Source of the DNA: Azolla caroliniana | Taxonomy: Eukaryota; Plantae; Polypodiophyta | Length of the DNA: 64,000 nt | NCBI GenBank assembly: GCA_043228905.1 | Contig: JBHGNT010000018.1 | Coordinates: 13,392,001-13,456,000 of the forward strand | Direction: 5' to 3' | Part shown: in pieces, positions 40,331 to 53,065 of the stretch | Layout of the letters: each line of letters begins with the position of its first letter | Position numbering within the stretch: the stretch's first letter is position 1 | The notes under the pieces: generated by a model | What the model was told of the DNA's origin: nothing | What the model saw: the letters and a program-made list of their open reading frames with translations, nothing else | The model's database searches: none | Program-made: the position numbers and the translations under genes

Positions 40331-41249
40331 TACGTGACAACTCACTCTCGTTGGGGACTATCATGGTCAAGTCTAGATTTGTCCAAAAAAATTAAGTGTC
40401 TTGCAAGAGTAGTTAATGTTATATAGACTAAACAAAGAAATCACAATCAAATGTTTTTAAATGCGACCTACAAAGTGAGAAATCATTTGTTTCGGACATT
40501 GGAAATACGTTTCAAAAATGACAAATAATCATTTCGTCATTCACGGATTTCTGAAAATGAAAACATTTAGTACTGAAAATGAAAAAATAGAGTTACGAAT
40601 ATGAGACTATAGAATTCTAAAAATGTCAAAATTACGAATAGGAGTGCTTACCAAATAAATCAATTATCGTTGAAGTCTCAAACAAGTATTGGAATAATTT
40701 CAAATGAGTAGAAGAAATTGTTGGGATATGTCCCTCAAGTGGGAGAGAGATCCGACTGTTCGGAAAGCCGACAGTCGAGGAGTCGAGTTAATGAGGGACT
40801 TGGCCGAGGCCGAAACCGGAATCGTGTACATAACCAACTCGGGAGACTATATTTGTAAATAGTCTGAAAGTTGCGTAAGTATATATGCAACTAGGGCAAG
40901 CTTTAGTGAGTGATGAACAGTGTTAGACATGTAGTGAGAGAGAAGAAGTGTGAGCCGCGCCATAGCTGTATTTGTAACAGTAGATGTGAAAAGCCCTGTG
41001 CGGCTAATGCACTTGTGGAGAGTATTGTAATCTTCTCGCTATTGTATACCACTATTTGTATAGTGAAGAATCTATTCCCGTGGTTTTCCCCGTTTTAGGG
41101 TTTCCACGTAAATCTTTGTGCACCATTGTTCATCTTGTCTTTGCTTGGCATTTTGGTGTGATTCATATTTCAACGCGTAGTTCCTTCATTGTGTTTTATA
41201 TTCCGCAACGATTTCTCAACAAACTGGTATCAAAGCTTGAAGTGCAAGC

Positions 41250-43232
41250 ATGGAAGGAGGTGTCAGCGGTTTCCTAGGAATGATAGTTCTCAACTGTAAG
41301 AACTATGTAGATTGGAAGATCAAGATGGAAGACCTTCTCATAGTCAAAGACTTGTACGAGCCAGTCGACAGAGTAGAAATACCCAGGGGGGTATTGGAGT
41401 CGGACTGGACGCTTCTGAATAGGAAGGTGGTGGCCACAATCCGACAATGTGTCGATGTAAGTATCCTTCAGCATGTGGCGAATGACACGAATGCCCACGA
41501 GATGTGGCAGAAGTTGTCGGGTCTATACGAGAGGATGAACGCGCTAAACAGAACCTCACTGATGAGAAAAATCGTACGGCTGAAATACAGAGACGGTGAG
41601 AGCATCGTCGAACACATCAGCACATTTATGGGGTATGTAAATCAACTTGTTGCGACCAAGTTTCCCCTAGATGATGGGATGCAGGCCATCCTGCTGATGT
41701 GCACACTACCGGAAAGCTGGGAGAACCTGGTGGTTACTCTCAACACCTCTTGTCAAGAAGAGAACTTTTCTTTAGAAATGGTGAAGACAAGCATCCTAAA
41801 CGAGGAGGCAAAGGGGAAAGACAAAGGAGTCCTATCCCAAACGGAGTCGAATTTGACTCAACATATGCACAGAGGAAGGGACCGGCGAAGAAGAAGTCCG
41901 CAACGAACGGACAAATCCCACGCCAGATCGAAGTCCAGAGGTAAGAGTGTGTGCTTTTATTGTGGAAAACCTAGACACTTCCAGAAGGACTGTCGACACA
42001 TGAAGAAAGACAAAAGTGTCAGAAATAATGTCGAACGCCGGAAAATTCCGGATGAAAAGAACACTTTGGCCATTGCTACGAGCAATGAGATACTCCTGTT
42101 CATCTGTGAACAGGCAAGTGCAAATCTTGCAAGCGAAGAGTGCACTTGGGTGAACGACTCCGGCGCATCCTTTCACATTACTCCATCGAGAGAGTACTTC
42201 TCGACTTACATAGTCGGGGATCATGGCTATGTAAAGATGGGTGATAATGGAGAGTGCAAGATAACCGGAATCGGAAGTGTGTGCTTAACGACGTCGACAG
42301 GGTGTCGACTAATTTTGAAGGATGTTCGACACGTCCCCGATATCAGATTGAATCTGATATCGACTGGAAGGCTTGACAACGAAGGCTACAGTGGTGGCTT
42401 TCGGAATGGCAAGTGGAAGTTCTGTCGAGAAAATCTCATAGTGGCTCGCGCACAGAAAGAAGGCACATTGTACATGATGCATGCCCGACTGTGCAAATCG
42501 GAAGTAAACGTGGCGGCCAACTCGGCAGGTGAGATATGGCATAAGAGGCTAGGCCACATGAGTGAGAAGGGAATGCACCTGTTAGCAAACCAGAAACTTA
42601 AACCAGAAGTCAAGGGAGTACACCTGGAGAAGTGAGTTGACTGCTTAGCCGAAAAGCAGAACAAGGCGGCATTCCACACGAGACCACCGAGAAGAAGAGA
42701 AGTTGCATTGGAACTAGTGCACATGGATGTGTGCTATGTGGATGCTCCATCGCATCGAGGAGGACAATACTTTGTAACGTTCATTGACGACTATAGTTGG
42801 AAGACATGGGCCTTCGTATTGAAGTCGAAGGATCAAGTATTGTCGGTTTTCAAAGAGTTCCAAGCAAGAACCGAAAGAGAGTCGAGTCGGAAACTAATGG
42901 TTGTCCGAACCGACAATGGTGGCGAGTACAAAGGGTAGTTTAAGGAATACTGCAAGTGCCAAGGTATTCGAATCGAATACATAGTGCCAAAGACCCCAGA
43001 ATTGAACAGGCTTGCAGAGAGGATGAATCAAACAATCATGGAGAGAGTAAGGAGCATGCTCTCTCATGCGAAACTGCCGAAATCCTATTGGGTTGAGGTG
43101 ATGTACACAACTGTTTATCTTATCAATAGGTCTCCCTCAGTGCCATTAAAGGGTGATGTCCCACAAAGGCTGTGGACATGGAAGGATGTCTCCTACCAAC
43201 ACTTGAGGGTGTTCGAATGTTTGGCATATATT
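41250..43232 (+). pseudogene. gag-PR-integrase of H
   Basis: CFYCGKPRHFQKDC knuckle, WVNDSGAS protease, WHKRLGH, DNGGEY. Confidence 0.92.
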
Positions 43233-43420
43233 TGTCGAATACATGTGTATAATGGACGTATTCACACTATCCCGTTTTGGCCATTTATGTAATTAGCATA
43301 AAGGGTAGTTGCCCTAAGTCGGTCACTATATATAGTGACCTTGTAACCTTTTTGTAAGGTTGGGTGTTGTATTATTGCTTTATGGAATAAGAAGTATTTT
43401 TGTGCCTCTCTCTCTCTCCC

Positions 43421-43461
<41 letters not shown>

Positions 43462-46400
43462 AACGACCTCCAAACTGTCATACGCAGGTATTCAACAACA
43501 ATCGAATGCTTCTTGATCTTCCGCACAGACGACTTTGTCTCCAACATCTGGTATCAGAGCCTGCACAGTAGTCGGTCCTTCAATCCGCTGTCGGCCGTCG
43601 TCTCAGCATTCGGTTTCCTGCGTCATTCGAAGAAGAGAGAAGAAGAAGAAAAACGAGGCTTGCATCTCTTCGCGTTAGATCCTCTTCGCTTGGGGTAAGC
43701 CAGCCGGTTGTACTCCGTTCCCTGTGATCGCAACGCTCGAGGTGAAATCCCCTTGTGCAACATTGACACGATCGTGCTCCACTCGGTTAAACGGCATCCG
43801 AAGAGGTCAACAAACGCCGCTCGTTGTAACCACTCGGTGCAGATCGGTCTCAAGACAACAACCTCAATTCGCGCTTCATCCGGCTGATCGACATTCGGGA
43901 GGATCAGTTGGATCTGTCTCTCTCGTCGCTGCAGCCACCCGAAGCAGAATCGGTCCAGATAATCGGTTTCAATAATCGGTATTCGGCATATATATCCGAA
44001 GCGAACCGGGCTCACTCCGACTCGGCAATATTCGGGAAGACCAGTCGGTTCTGTCCCTCAAGTTACCGGAGTCAATTCGAGCAAGTTCCGAAGCCGAACC
44101 GACTCGGGTTCAAATCCGACTAGAACGATATCGGGCGAGCCAACCGGCTGCACTCCAACAAGGTTCGTAGTCAACTCCGAACCGAGCTTCGTCAACCGAA
44201 ACCGAATTTGATGGCATCAACATCCGCCTCGTCAGAAATGAGTCTACGAAAGTTCGATGGATCGAACTTCAACTTCTGGAAGGAGCAAACGCAGGACTAT
44301 CTCATAGTCAAGGGGCAAATCGATCCCATCGAAAATGAAGAACCTCCAGAAGGATACAAACCAATTGAGTGGCAGAAGCTGGACAGAATTGTCCGCGCCA
44401 CGATTCGGATGCACCTATCGGAATCGGTATACTTTACGGTGCAATCGTGTACGACAGCATTCGAACTGTGGAAAACACTGTCGGACACTTACGAAAAGAA
44501 GGTCGCCGCAACGAAGATGTTTCTGATCCGGCGCCTCTACAACTTGCGGATGAAAGAATCCGATTCGGTTCAAGCACACCTCAATGAGTACGAAAGCATA
44601 AGCTCCCAAATCTCGTCACAGGGGACGGCAATCGAGGATGAACTCAGAGCAATGATACTCATGAGCAGCCTTCCCTCATCATGGGAAACTTTCGTCACAA
44701 CCGTGTGCAACGCGTCAACCACGGCTGTTAAATACTCCGAAGTCACGAGCGCAATCCTGACCGAAGCAGCTCGGAGAAAGTCTTTCGCCAAAGACTCAAC
44801 AGACGACGCTTATGTAGTACAAGGTTCGACAGACCGATCGAACATACGAGGAAGAGATTCCTCACGGCCGCCGAACAATCAGCGAAGACGGAGCCAGTCA
44901 CGGGATAACCGAATCTGCAACTATTGCAAGAAACCCGGACACATCAAAGCCGACTGCCGCGCACTCAAGAACAAGAACAACAAGAAGAGTGGCCGGCATG
45001 AGGAGATCAATTACGTCAGCTTCTCAGCTGATGTGCTACCAGACGACCCGAATATACTATCAATCGAAAATCCAGTCGGATCAGAAGTTCTGCTCACGAC
45101 TGAAGAATCGAGCACATGGCTCTTAGATTCGGGCGCGTCATTTCACGTGACTCCTCATCGATCCCAATTTCGGCAATATACGATCCGTCACTCCGACTCA
45201 GTTCGGGTCGGCAACTCGCAACACTGTGACATCATTGGAATCGGCACAGTAGAGCTCAACCTTGCAGGTGGCTCTACACTTGTACTCCACAATGTCCGAC
45301 ATGTACCCGAGCTCTCAAGGCCATTGATCTCAGTCGGACAACTAGATGAAGACGGCATTCGGGAGGGTGGACACTCCACAGGGGGAACCTCCTGCTTGCT
45401 AGAGGACCCAAGATACACTCACTGTATCCGTTACATGTTACGCTCAGAGAGGGTAACCTGTTTTTGGTGGATATTCCTGTGTCATCACTATGGCACAGAA
45501 GATTAGGACACCTCAGCAAGGCCGGCATCACGCACCTATCTAGAGCCGGATACATCCCTAAACTCTCCTTCTCCGACCATCAATTCTGCGAGCATTGCCA
45601 GTATGGCAAACAAGCAGCCGCATCACACCCGACATCAGCACCAAGAGAAACGAGACCTCTCGATTTGGTCCACTCGGACGTCTGTGGCCCAATGCCGCAT
45701 CAGTCTCTTGGTGGTGCCTCTTACTTCGTCAGTTTTATTGACGATTCGACTCGAAAGGTGTGGGCTTATCCAATTCGCACTAAAGATCGTGTCTTCTCGA
45801 TCTTCACCGATTGGCTCGCTATGGTAGAAAATCAAACCGACCGAAAGCTGAAATGCTTTCGAACCGACAACGGGGGAGAGTTCAAATCAGAAGAATTCGT
45901 CAAATTCTGCCGACAACGCGGCATCCGACGTGAATTTACGGCACCACACAGCCCGGAGCAAAACGGGATTGCCGAACGCATGAATCGCACAATCCAAGAA
46001 CGGATAGTCTCCATGCTCCAACACTCCGGACTGTCGGATGGCTTCTGGGCAGAGGCTCTACTCACGGCAGTACACATAATCAATATGTCGCCAAGTAGAC
46101 CTCTAGGACTTCAAATTCCTCAGGAACTATGGATCGGCAGTAAGCCGAATTACGACAAGCTGAGGATCTTCGGATGCGAGGCGTACGCCCTCATTCCGAA
46201 AGATGATCGCCGAAAACTTGCACCTCGGTCCAGGAAATGCATTTTCCTCGGATATGGATCCGACGGCGAAATGGGATACCGACTCTGGGACCCCGAACGC
46301 AGACAAATCGTTCGAAGTTCGGACGTTGTGTTCAACGAGTCGGCTATGAATCCATCAGTCGAAAAACCGATCGAAGTCTGAAGGGTAACATTTTCCGATG

Positions 46401-48587
46401 TGCCGACCCTTCAAGAAGGCCCTGCTCTCAACACACGGTCAGCTTCACGGGTAGCTGAACCTTACACTACCGACTCGGACAACCCCGACTCGGCACAGCA
46501 GAACAATCCGCTTTCGGACCATCCGGCCTTGATACCCGATGCGACCAGTCCAATCTTACCTCGCCGATCCGAGAGACTGTCGCAACCTCCGGAGAGGTAT
46601 TCTCCTGGAATTTTCTTCACCGACGCCGGCGAACCAACGTCTTACGAAGAAGCATCGACATCTGTCGATTCCGCCACCTGGCATCTGGCGATGGAGTCGG
46701 AAATGCACTCCCTTCGGGCAAACAAGACTTGGGATCTGGTCGAATTACCTAGGAACCGACGTGCTCTTCCTTGCAAGTGGGTTTATCGACTAAAAGAGAC
46801 GTCTGATTCGACCACCCCAAAGTACAAGGCCAGATTAGTTGCGAAGGGCTTCCGACAAGAATATGGCGTCGACTTCGACGAGATTTTTTCACCAGTGGTG
46901 AAAATGACAACCCTTCGTTTTCTACTCGGCGTAGTGGCAGCCGACAACTTGGAGCTGATTCAGCTAGATGTCAAAACAGCATTCCTCCATGGTGATCTTG
47001 ACGAGGAAATTTATATGGAGCAGCCAAAAGGCTTCGTGGCAACCGGCCAAGAACATCTAGTCTGCCGACTCAGGAAGAGTCTATACGGCCTCAAACAGGC
47101 ACCGCGACAATGGTACAAGAAGTTCGACGACTTCATCCAATCGATCGGCTTCTCAAAAAGCGATGAGGACCATTGTCTCTTCACCAACACAGCTCAAGAT
47201 GGATCACCCATCTTCCTCATCATTTACGTGGACGGCATGCTAATCTCTGGACGCCACGCGGGCGAACTTGCCGATCTCGTTCGGCAACTGCGGTTGAAGT
47301 TTGCCATGAAGGACCTCGGTCCGGCACGACACATCCTTGGCATGAAAATTAGTCGGCATCGCGATAAACGACATCTTTTTTTGTCTCAGACCGACTATAT
47401 CGGACGTGTCTTGGAACGCTTCAACATGCAATCAGCCAAATCTGCTTCAACCCCGCTCCCCATGAATCTTCGGCTCTCTCAGCGAGACTGCCCGACATCC
47501 GGTCCGGAGGGGGAAGATATGAAGTCGGTACCGTATGCACCGGCAATCGGCTCCCTTATGTACCTGATGGTCGCGACACGGCCTGATATTTCTCACGCCG
47601 TAGGAGTCGTTAGCAGATTTATGCACAATCCTGGCCGATCGCATTGGAACGCAGTCAAGCATGTGTTCAGATATCTGGCTGGCACAAAAGACCACGGCAT
47701 TCTTTTCGGTCCGAACCGAACCTCAGGCGTAGTCGGTTACACCGACTCGGATTTCGCCGGCTGTATAGACAGTCGGAAATCAACAACCGGATACTGCTTC
47801 AAATTCGGCAATGGAGCAATCTCGTGGAAGTCGAAACTTCAGGAGTGCACAGCGACCTCAACGACCGAAGCAGAATATGTAGCTGCGTCCGACGCAGCAA
47901 AAGAAGCTTTGTGGCTCGGTCGGCTGGCTCACACGTTTCGACAAGTCGACCATGACTCGGCCCCAGTTGTCCACAGCGACAGTCAAGGTGCTGTTGCCTT
48001 GTCAAAAAATCCGGTTCACCACAACGCCTCCAAACATATCGACGTTCGATATCACTTCGTTCGGGACTGCGTCATCTCAGGGAAAATCGGTCTAGAGAAA
48101 ATATCCACAACCGACAATGTCGCAGATGGAATGACCAAGTGTCTTTCGGCAGACCGTTTTCGGTCTCTTCGGCATCAGATGGGCGTAACGACAAACCAGT
48201 CCGGTTAGAGCCGGACACAGCGCAGGATGGTTTCCGACAACCGACATCAGTTCCTTAATGATCGGCTTCAACTGTTCCGACCCGACCAGTTCGGTCTTCT
48301 GCCTTCGGACCCTGCCGACTCGAACAAAGCTGATATGTCCGAGAACCTAAGTCTATACCTGTAATCTTAGATAACCCATGTATACGCCCATTACGGGGGA
48401 GTGTCGAATACATGTGTATAATGGACGTATTCACACTATCCCGTTTTGGCCATTTATGTAATTAGCATAAAGGGTAGTTGCCCTAAGTCGGTCACTATAT
48501 ATAGTGACCTTGTAACCTTTTTGTAAGGTTGGGTGTTGTATTATTGCTTTATGGAATAAGAAGTATTTTTGTGCCTCTCTCTCTCTC

Positions 48588-48646
<59 letters not shown>

Positions 48647-48731
48647 AACGACCTCCAAACTGTCATACGCAGGTATTCAACAGCAATCGAATGCTTCTTG
48701 ATCTTCCGCACAGACGACTTTGTCTCCAACA
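43233..48731 (+). mobile_element. Young Ty1/copia element I
   Basis: LTRs at 43233-43546 and 48402-48731 are near-identical apart from (CT)n length; TSD atatt; PBS tggtatcagagc at 43549-43560; PPT ttacgggggag. Confidence 0.97.
44208..48208 (+). pseudogene. gag-pol of I (frameshifting deletion near 45360, stop at 46379)
   Basis: CNYCKKPGHIKADC, WLLDSGAS, DNGGEF, YVDG RT, RNase H SKHID. Confidence 0.93.
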
Positions 48732-49984
48732 ATATTCATGTACCAAAGGATTAGAGGTCAAAGCTCGACACCAAGCCGAAAGCATGCATATTCATGGGAT
48801 ACTCGAAAGATGAGTTCGGCTACAAGCTATGGGACCTAGTCCATGAAGGTAGTGAGAAGTCGGGATGTAGTCTTTCTAGAAGATAAGACAATTGAAGACT
48901 GGAAGCAATAGAAATCGGAACCGACTCCCCAGTCAACCTAGACTACCATCAACTTAAGGCCAAGTGAGTCGTCACCGACAACTGTAAGGAGACAGCTAGC
49001 TAACAGAGCCGAATCAAAGTTGGTCGACTGTCATGAACAGTACTGAGACAGAGAAGGAATTAGTACTAAACGAAGGATTAGTACTATGAGAGGTGTGGAG
49101 CTTCTTCGAGAGAAGGAATAAGTGAGCGAGACAGAGAGGAAGAGAGAGATTGAGAGAGAGAGAGAGTGATGATAAGAAAGATATGTTTTATATGAAGAGA
49201 ATATACAATGGTGGCTAAAAGGCTTAAGACTGGCGTTGAACCAATTTGGTTCAACATAATGCCTAGTGCCCTATTTTATAGTGTTTTCAGGAGTAATCCT
49301 GAAGCTTCTAGAATGTTCCAGAGAAATCTGGAATATACACTAATTTCCTATAATAAAATGTAAATGAAAATAATATCCTACGTATTACAATAAATGATCT
49401 AATGGTCAAGAGCTCGACCCATATAACCAGGTCTTGGATTGAGGACCTGGTTTGTGTAGATATTGATGATGGAAGTCTTCAAGAAGAGCACAAGCATTGG
49501 TCACATTCTCGATTGGTTCCCAAGTACGTTCATTGGGGCTATAGCCTAGCCAATCGACTAGATAGTAGAGCTTGTTGCGAACAATCTTGGAATCAAGGAT
49601 GGCGGCAACCTCGTACTCCGGCCCATCTTCAAGCTCGATCGGGGGTGGAGGTTGGGTAAGACGTCCTGGGATGGTGCTCTCGTGGTAGGGTTCAAGGAGA
49701 GAACTATGAAACACCGGATGTATCCGAAGTTGAGGAGGTAGATCGAGACGAAAAGCGACATCATTAATCTGTCCAATAATACGGAAAGGACCTAATTGCT
49801 GATAATCTAACTTCTCACATGGACGAGTAGTCTTGATGTGTCGTCGTAGCAGCCACACCCAATCTCCAATATTAAAACTGGATGGAAGTCGATGACGATC
49901 CGCGTAGACCTTGTGTGTTTGTTGAGCTTGCTGGAGATGAGTCGATGACGATCCGTGTAGACCTTGTGTGTTTGTTGAGCTTGC

Positions 49985-50010
49985 TAAACCCTAAACCCTA
50001 ATCCCTAAAT
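49985..50010. repeat. Short plant-type telomeric repeat insert
   Basis: taaaccctaaaccctaatccctaaa, absent from the homologous position in D. Confidence 0.8.
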
Positions 50011-50897
50011 CCGCTTGTATCTTGCATAACTACTCGAAACGATCCTCCGCGCACGGATTTGTGGACACCTCTGGGGTTTCAAGTACACTCCACCGGGGGT
50101 GACATCCCGTATAAGCATAAAATGGCATAACTTTAGTGGATGCGTGGATAGAGTTGTTATAGGCAAATTCGGCGAAGTGGAGAATATCTGCCCAGTCATC
50201 TTGATGATAGCTGAGAAAGCACCGCAGATACTGCTCCAACGTTGTCGTGAAGAAAACCGTCCGTTAGCGCAATCGGTGCATAGCGCGCGTGAACCGGCTC
50301 TTCACGCGTGCGCGCCATTTAATATATATAATAGGGAATTAGGTACATAGGTATATCTTGGGTAGTTGGATTCGGTAGGTAGGAAGTAAATGAGGGAGAC
50401 AAATCCCTTCTTGAAGCTATAAAAGAGAGGGCGATGCGGGGGAGAAAGGGATCGCGCATTGAGGAGGACGAAGTGTTGTCGGACCGTAACCAAACGCTTC
50501 TCCTCTGTTTGTTCTCTATTGCTCTTCTCTGTAGGTTTTCGGGGAGGCTGACGCTGTTTCGAGGAACACCCGTGTGCTTTCGGCAGCACCTCCATCCTAT
50601 CCCCTATCGTGCGCAAACGAACAAGCATCGACATCTGTTCGCCGGCCTGTTCGGTTGTAACCGCTCGCGTGCTCTGTTGTTTTTGGTGTCACTTGTTAAT
50701 ATACAAACATTCGTGTCTCTCTGTCTCTGTGTCCATTCGTGTTTTCTGCGTTGATGGACCGTGTCCCTGTGTTTCTTTGCTCATACGTAACCGGTCGTCT
50801 CTCTTTTCTCTTTCCCCTCCTATCACCTGCTCTTCGGTTCAAGACCCCGGTGGTCCCGCCTCGTTTCTCCACGCACGCGCGTAGTAACACGACATAT

Positions 50898-50914
50898 TTG
50901 GTGAACCCGATGTG
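50898..50914 (+). promoter_or_regulatory. PBS complementary to tRNA-Trp
   Basis: tggtgaacccgatgtga compared with the plant tRNA-Trp 3' end ...TCACGTCGGGTTCACCA (one mismatch; tRNA sequence from memory). Confidence 0.8.
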
Positions 50915-53065
50915 AACAAGGCAGCAGAGGAGCAGAAGATGAGGGGGTCGGATCTTGCAGAGGCCATGGCTTCAGTCGTGGACCGGATAGTGAGCGCGCG
51001 CGAGGGCACCGGTGCCCTTGACAGGGCTACTCAGGCGATCGTCGGTATGATCGGCCGGTTCAGTGGAAAGGATGCCACGAGTTATTTGGCGTCCTACCGG
51101 GCGGAGATGTTGATGAGGGATATTCCGGAAGAGAGGCGTCTTCCCGGATTCCCTCGAGTGGCGATGCCGGGCATCCATGCGGAGGTGCTCGAGGTCCGGG
51201 CGGAGAGCCGGACCTGGGAGGAGTTCGAAGGACGGCTCCTGGAGAAATACAGGCTGGATGACGCGCTTCGACTTTCGAAGCGGGGCTTCATGGAGTGGGT
51301 GGAGTCCCCCGACAAAGGAAGAAATGCGTCGGCACTCCTCCGGGAGTTTGAGGATCGCTTTGCGCGCCTTTCGGCGCTCGATCGGACCATTCTAGACACA
51401 AGTCGTGTCCTATTGTTTGTCAAATCGGTTGACGCACGGGATCGGGAGCAAGTGGGCTCCTTACTGGAAACCGAAGACGGGCTGACGGCCGACTGGGCCG
51501 CGGTAAACAGAGTTTGCGGCCGTTTTGACAAACGGTGGGAGTGGGCTGATACAGGGGCGACCGGGATGGGTCCTGTCGCAGCAAGGAATCTCGAACCAAT
51601 ACCGCAGGCGCGACGGGAAGAGACCCGGGAGTGGCTCGAAACCGGTTCGGCTTCGACCGGCGTGGTCAGAGGCTCGTCCGGGGGGACAGCTTTGGAGGAG
51701 TTGACACGGACGGTAAAAGATCTCCAGATTGCCCAAGCTCGGAGGGAAGGCGGCGATCAGGCTCGTGACCGACGGCCTCCGGCAGGAAATAGGTGCATGT
51801 GGTGCGACGAGGTTGGCCACATCCGGAAAGGCTTTGGGGACTTTGCGGAGGCTTTGAGAAGCCGGGTAGTGTACCTGTGGGAAGGTCGGGTGCACGCCAG
51901 CGATACCCGGAGGGCCCTGAACCGAAACGACGGGCGAGGAGGAATGAAAAGGCTGATGGAAGAGGCGGCAGCCCGGCACGCGGAGACCGTCCACTACTCA
52001 GCGTCAGCCGGTATTCGGGTCGGAGGTAGCGAAGCCCGGAAGGAGAGCAAAGCCGGGTTCTGGTCGACGGTGTTGGAAGGCCTCGCCGGAGCCCGACTAA
52101 AGAAAGATGAGGCGGACCGCGCGGAGAAGCGGGTCCAGGGGGTAACCGGGTGGAGTGACCCGGTCGAAGAAAAGACGGGTTTTGTCGAAGCAGCTTGCCA
52201 GAACTAGGAGGCTCTGGTTAAAGACAAACGGATAGGTAAAACCGGAGGGGCCGGACCCTCACAAAGATACGAAACCCGATTAGGGACGAAACGGAACGAG
52301 GCCGGTGAGTCCAGTGCCCGGGATAACCACAAGAAGGGCGGATACCGTTTGGGCACGGAGATCGAAAGGACCACGGACCTACGAAAGGTCCTGGAAGAAC
52401 GAATCCTCGACAGCAAGGTGGAACTGTCGTTGCGGGAGGTGCTCGGAATCGCCAAGAAGGAGTTCCACAACTCCATCGTAGACTTGGTGAAGGGGAAGAG
52501 GCTGTCGACGGAGGCAGAACCGGAAAGGCCGGTGGAGGTGCGGACGACGCACATAGAGGACATGGCGCTGGAAGACGAGTGGGCGGAGAGCCACTATTCG
52601 AGGCCACACTGGGCCCGAGCGACCACGGAAACCCCGGTGAAGATCGGAGATGTTCAGGAACCGGTGGTGGCGTTTGTGGACCACGGTTCGGAAATAAACC
52701 TGATGTCCATGGACTTCTACAAGAAGGGGAAATGGCCAATCAACACCAAGCACGGGTGGAAGATACGGGCAGCAACACGCGCCACCGAGGAACTACACGG
52801 GGCCGGCCCAAACATGCGAGTCAAGATCGGCGACGTCGAGATAGACCAGCACTTCTTTGTCCAGGAGACGTCCTCGCACCCGGTCATACTGGGAGAACCG
52901 TACATTACGGAAGTGCGAATGGAAACCAAGGTGCTGGACAACAGGTCGGCTTACGCGAGGGTCAAGAGTCATGACGGGCGTCATTCGGTCCAGTTCCTGA
53001 CGGTGCGACCAAACCACGAGAGAAACCGCGAGTCCCTCGATGGCGAGAACCGAGAGGATTTTTAG
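50912..53065 (+). pseudogene. gag: gag-protease of G (one in-frame stop at 52205)
   Basis: CMWCDEVGH knuckle and VDHGSEINL protease in the same frame, ending GENREDF*. Confidence 0.88.

Noticed and set aside
43360-43698. ORFs crossing (CT)n/(GA)n tracts (SLSLSL, RERERE peptides)
   Set aside because: These are LTR microsatellites, not coding sequence.
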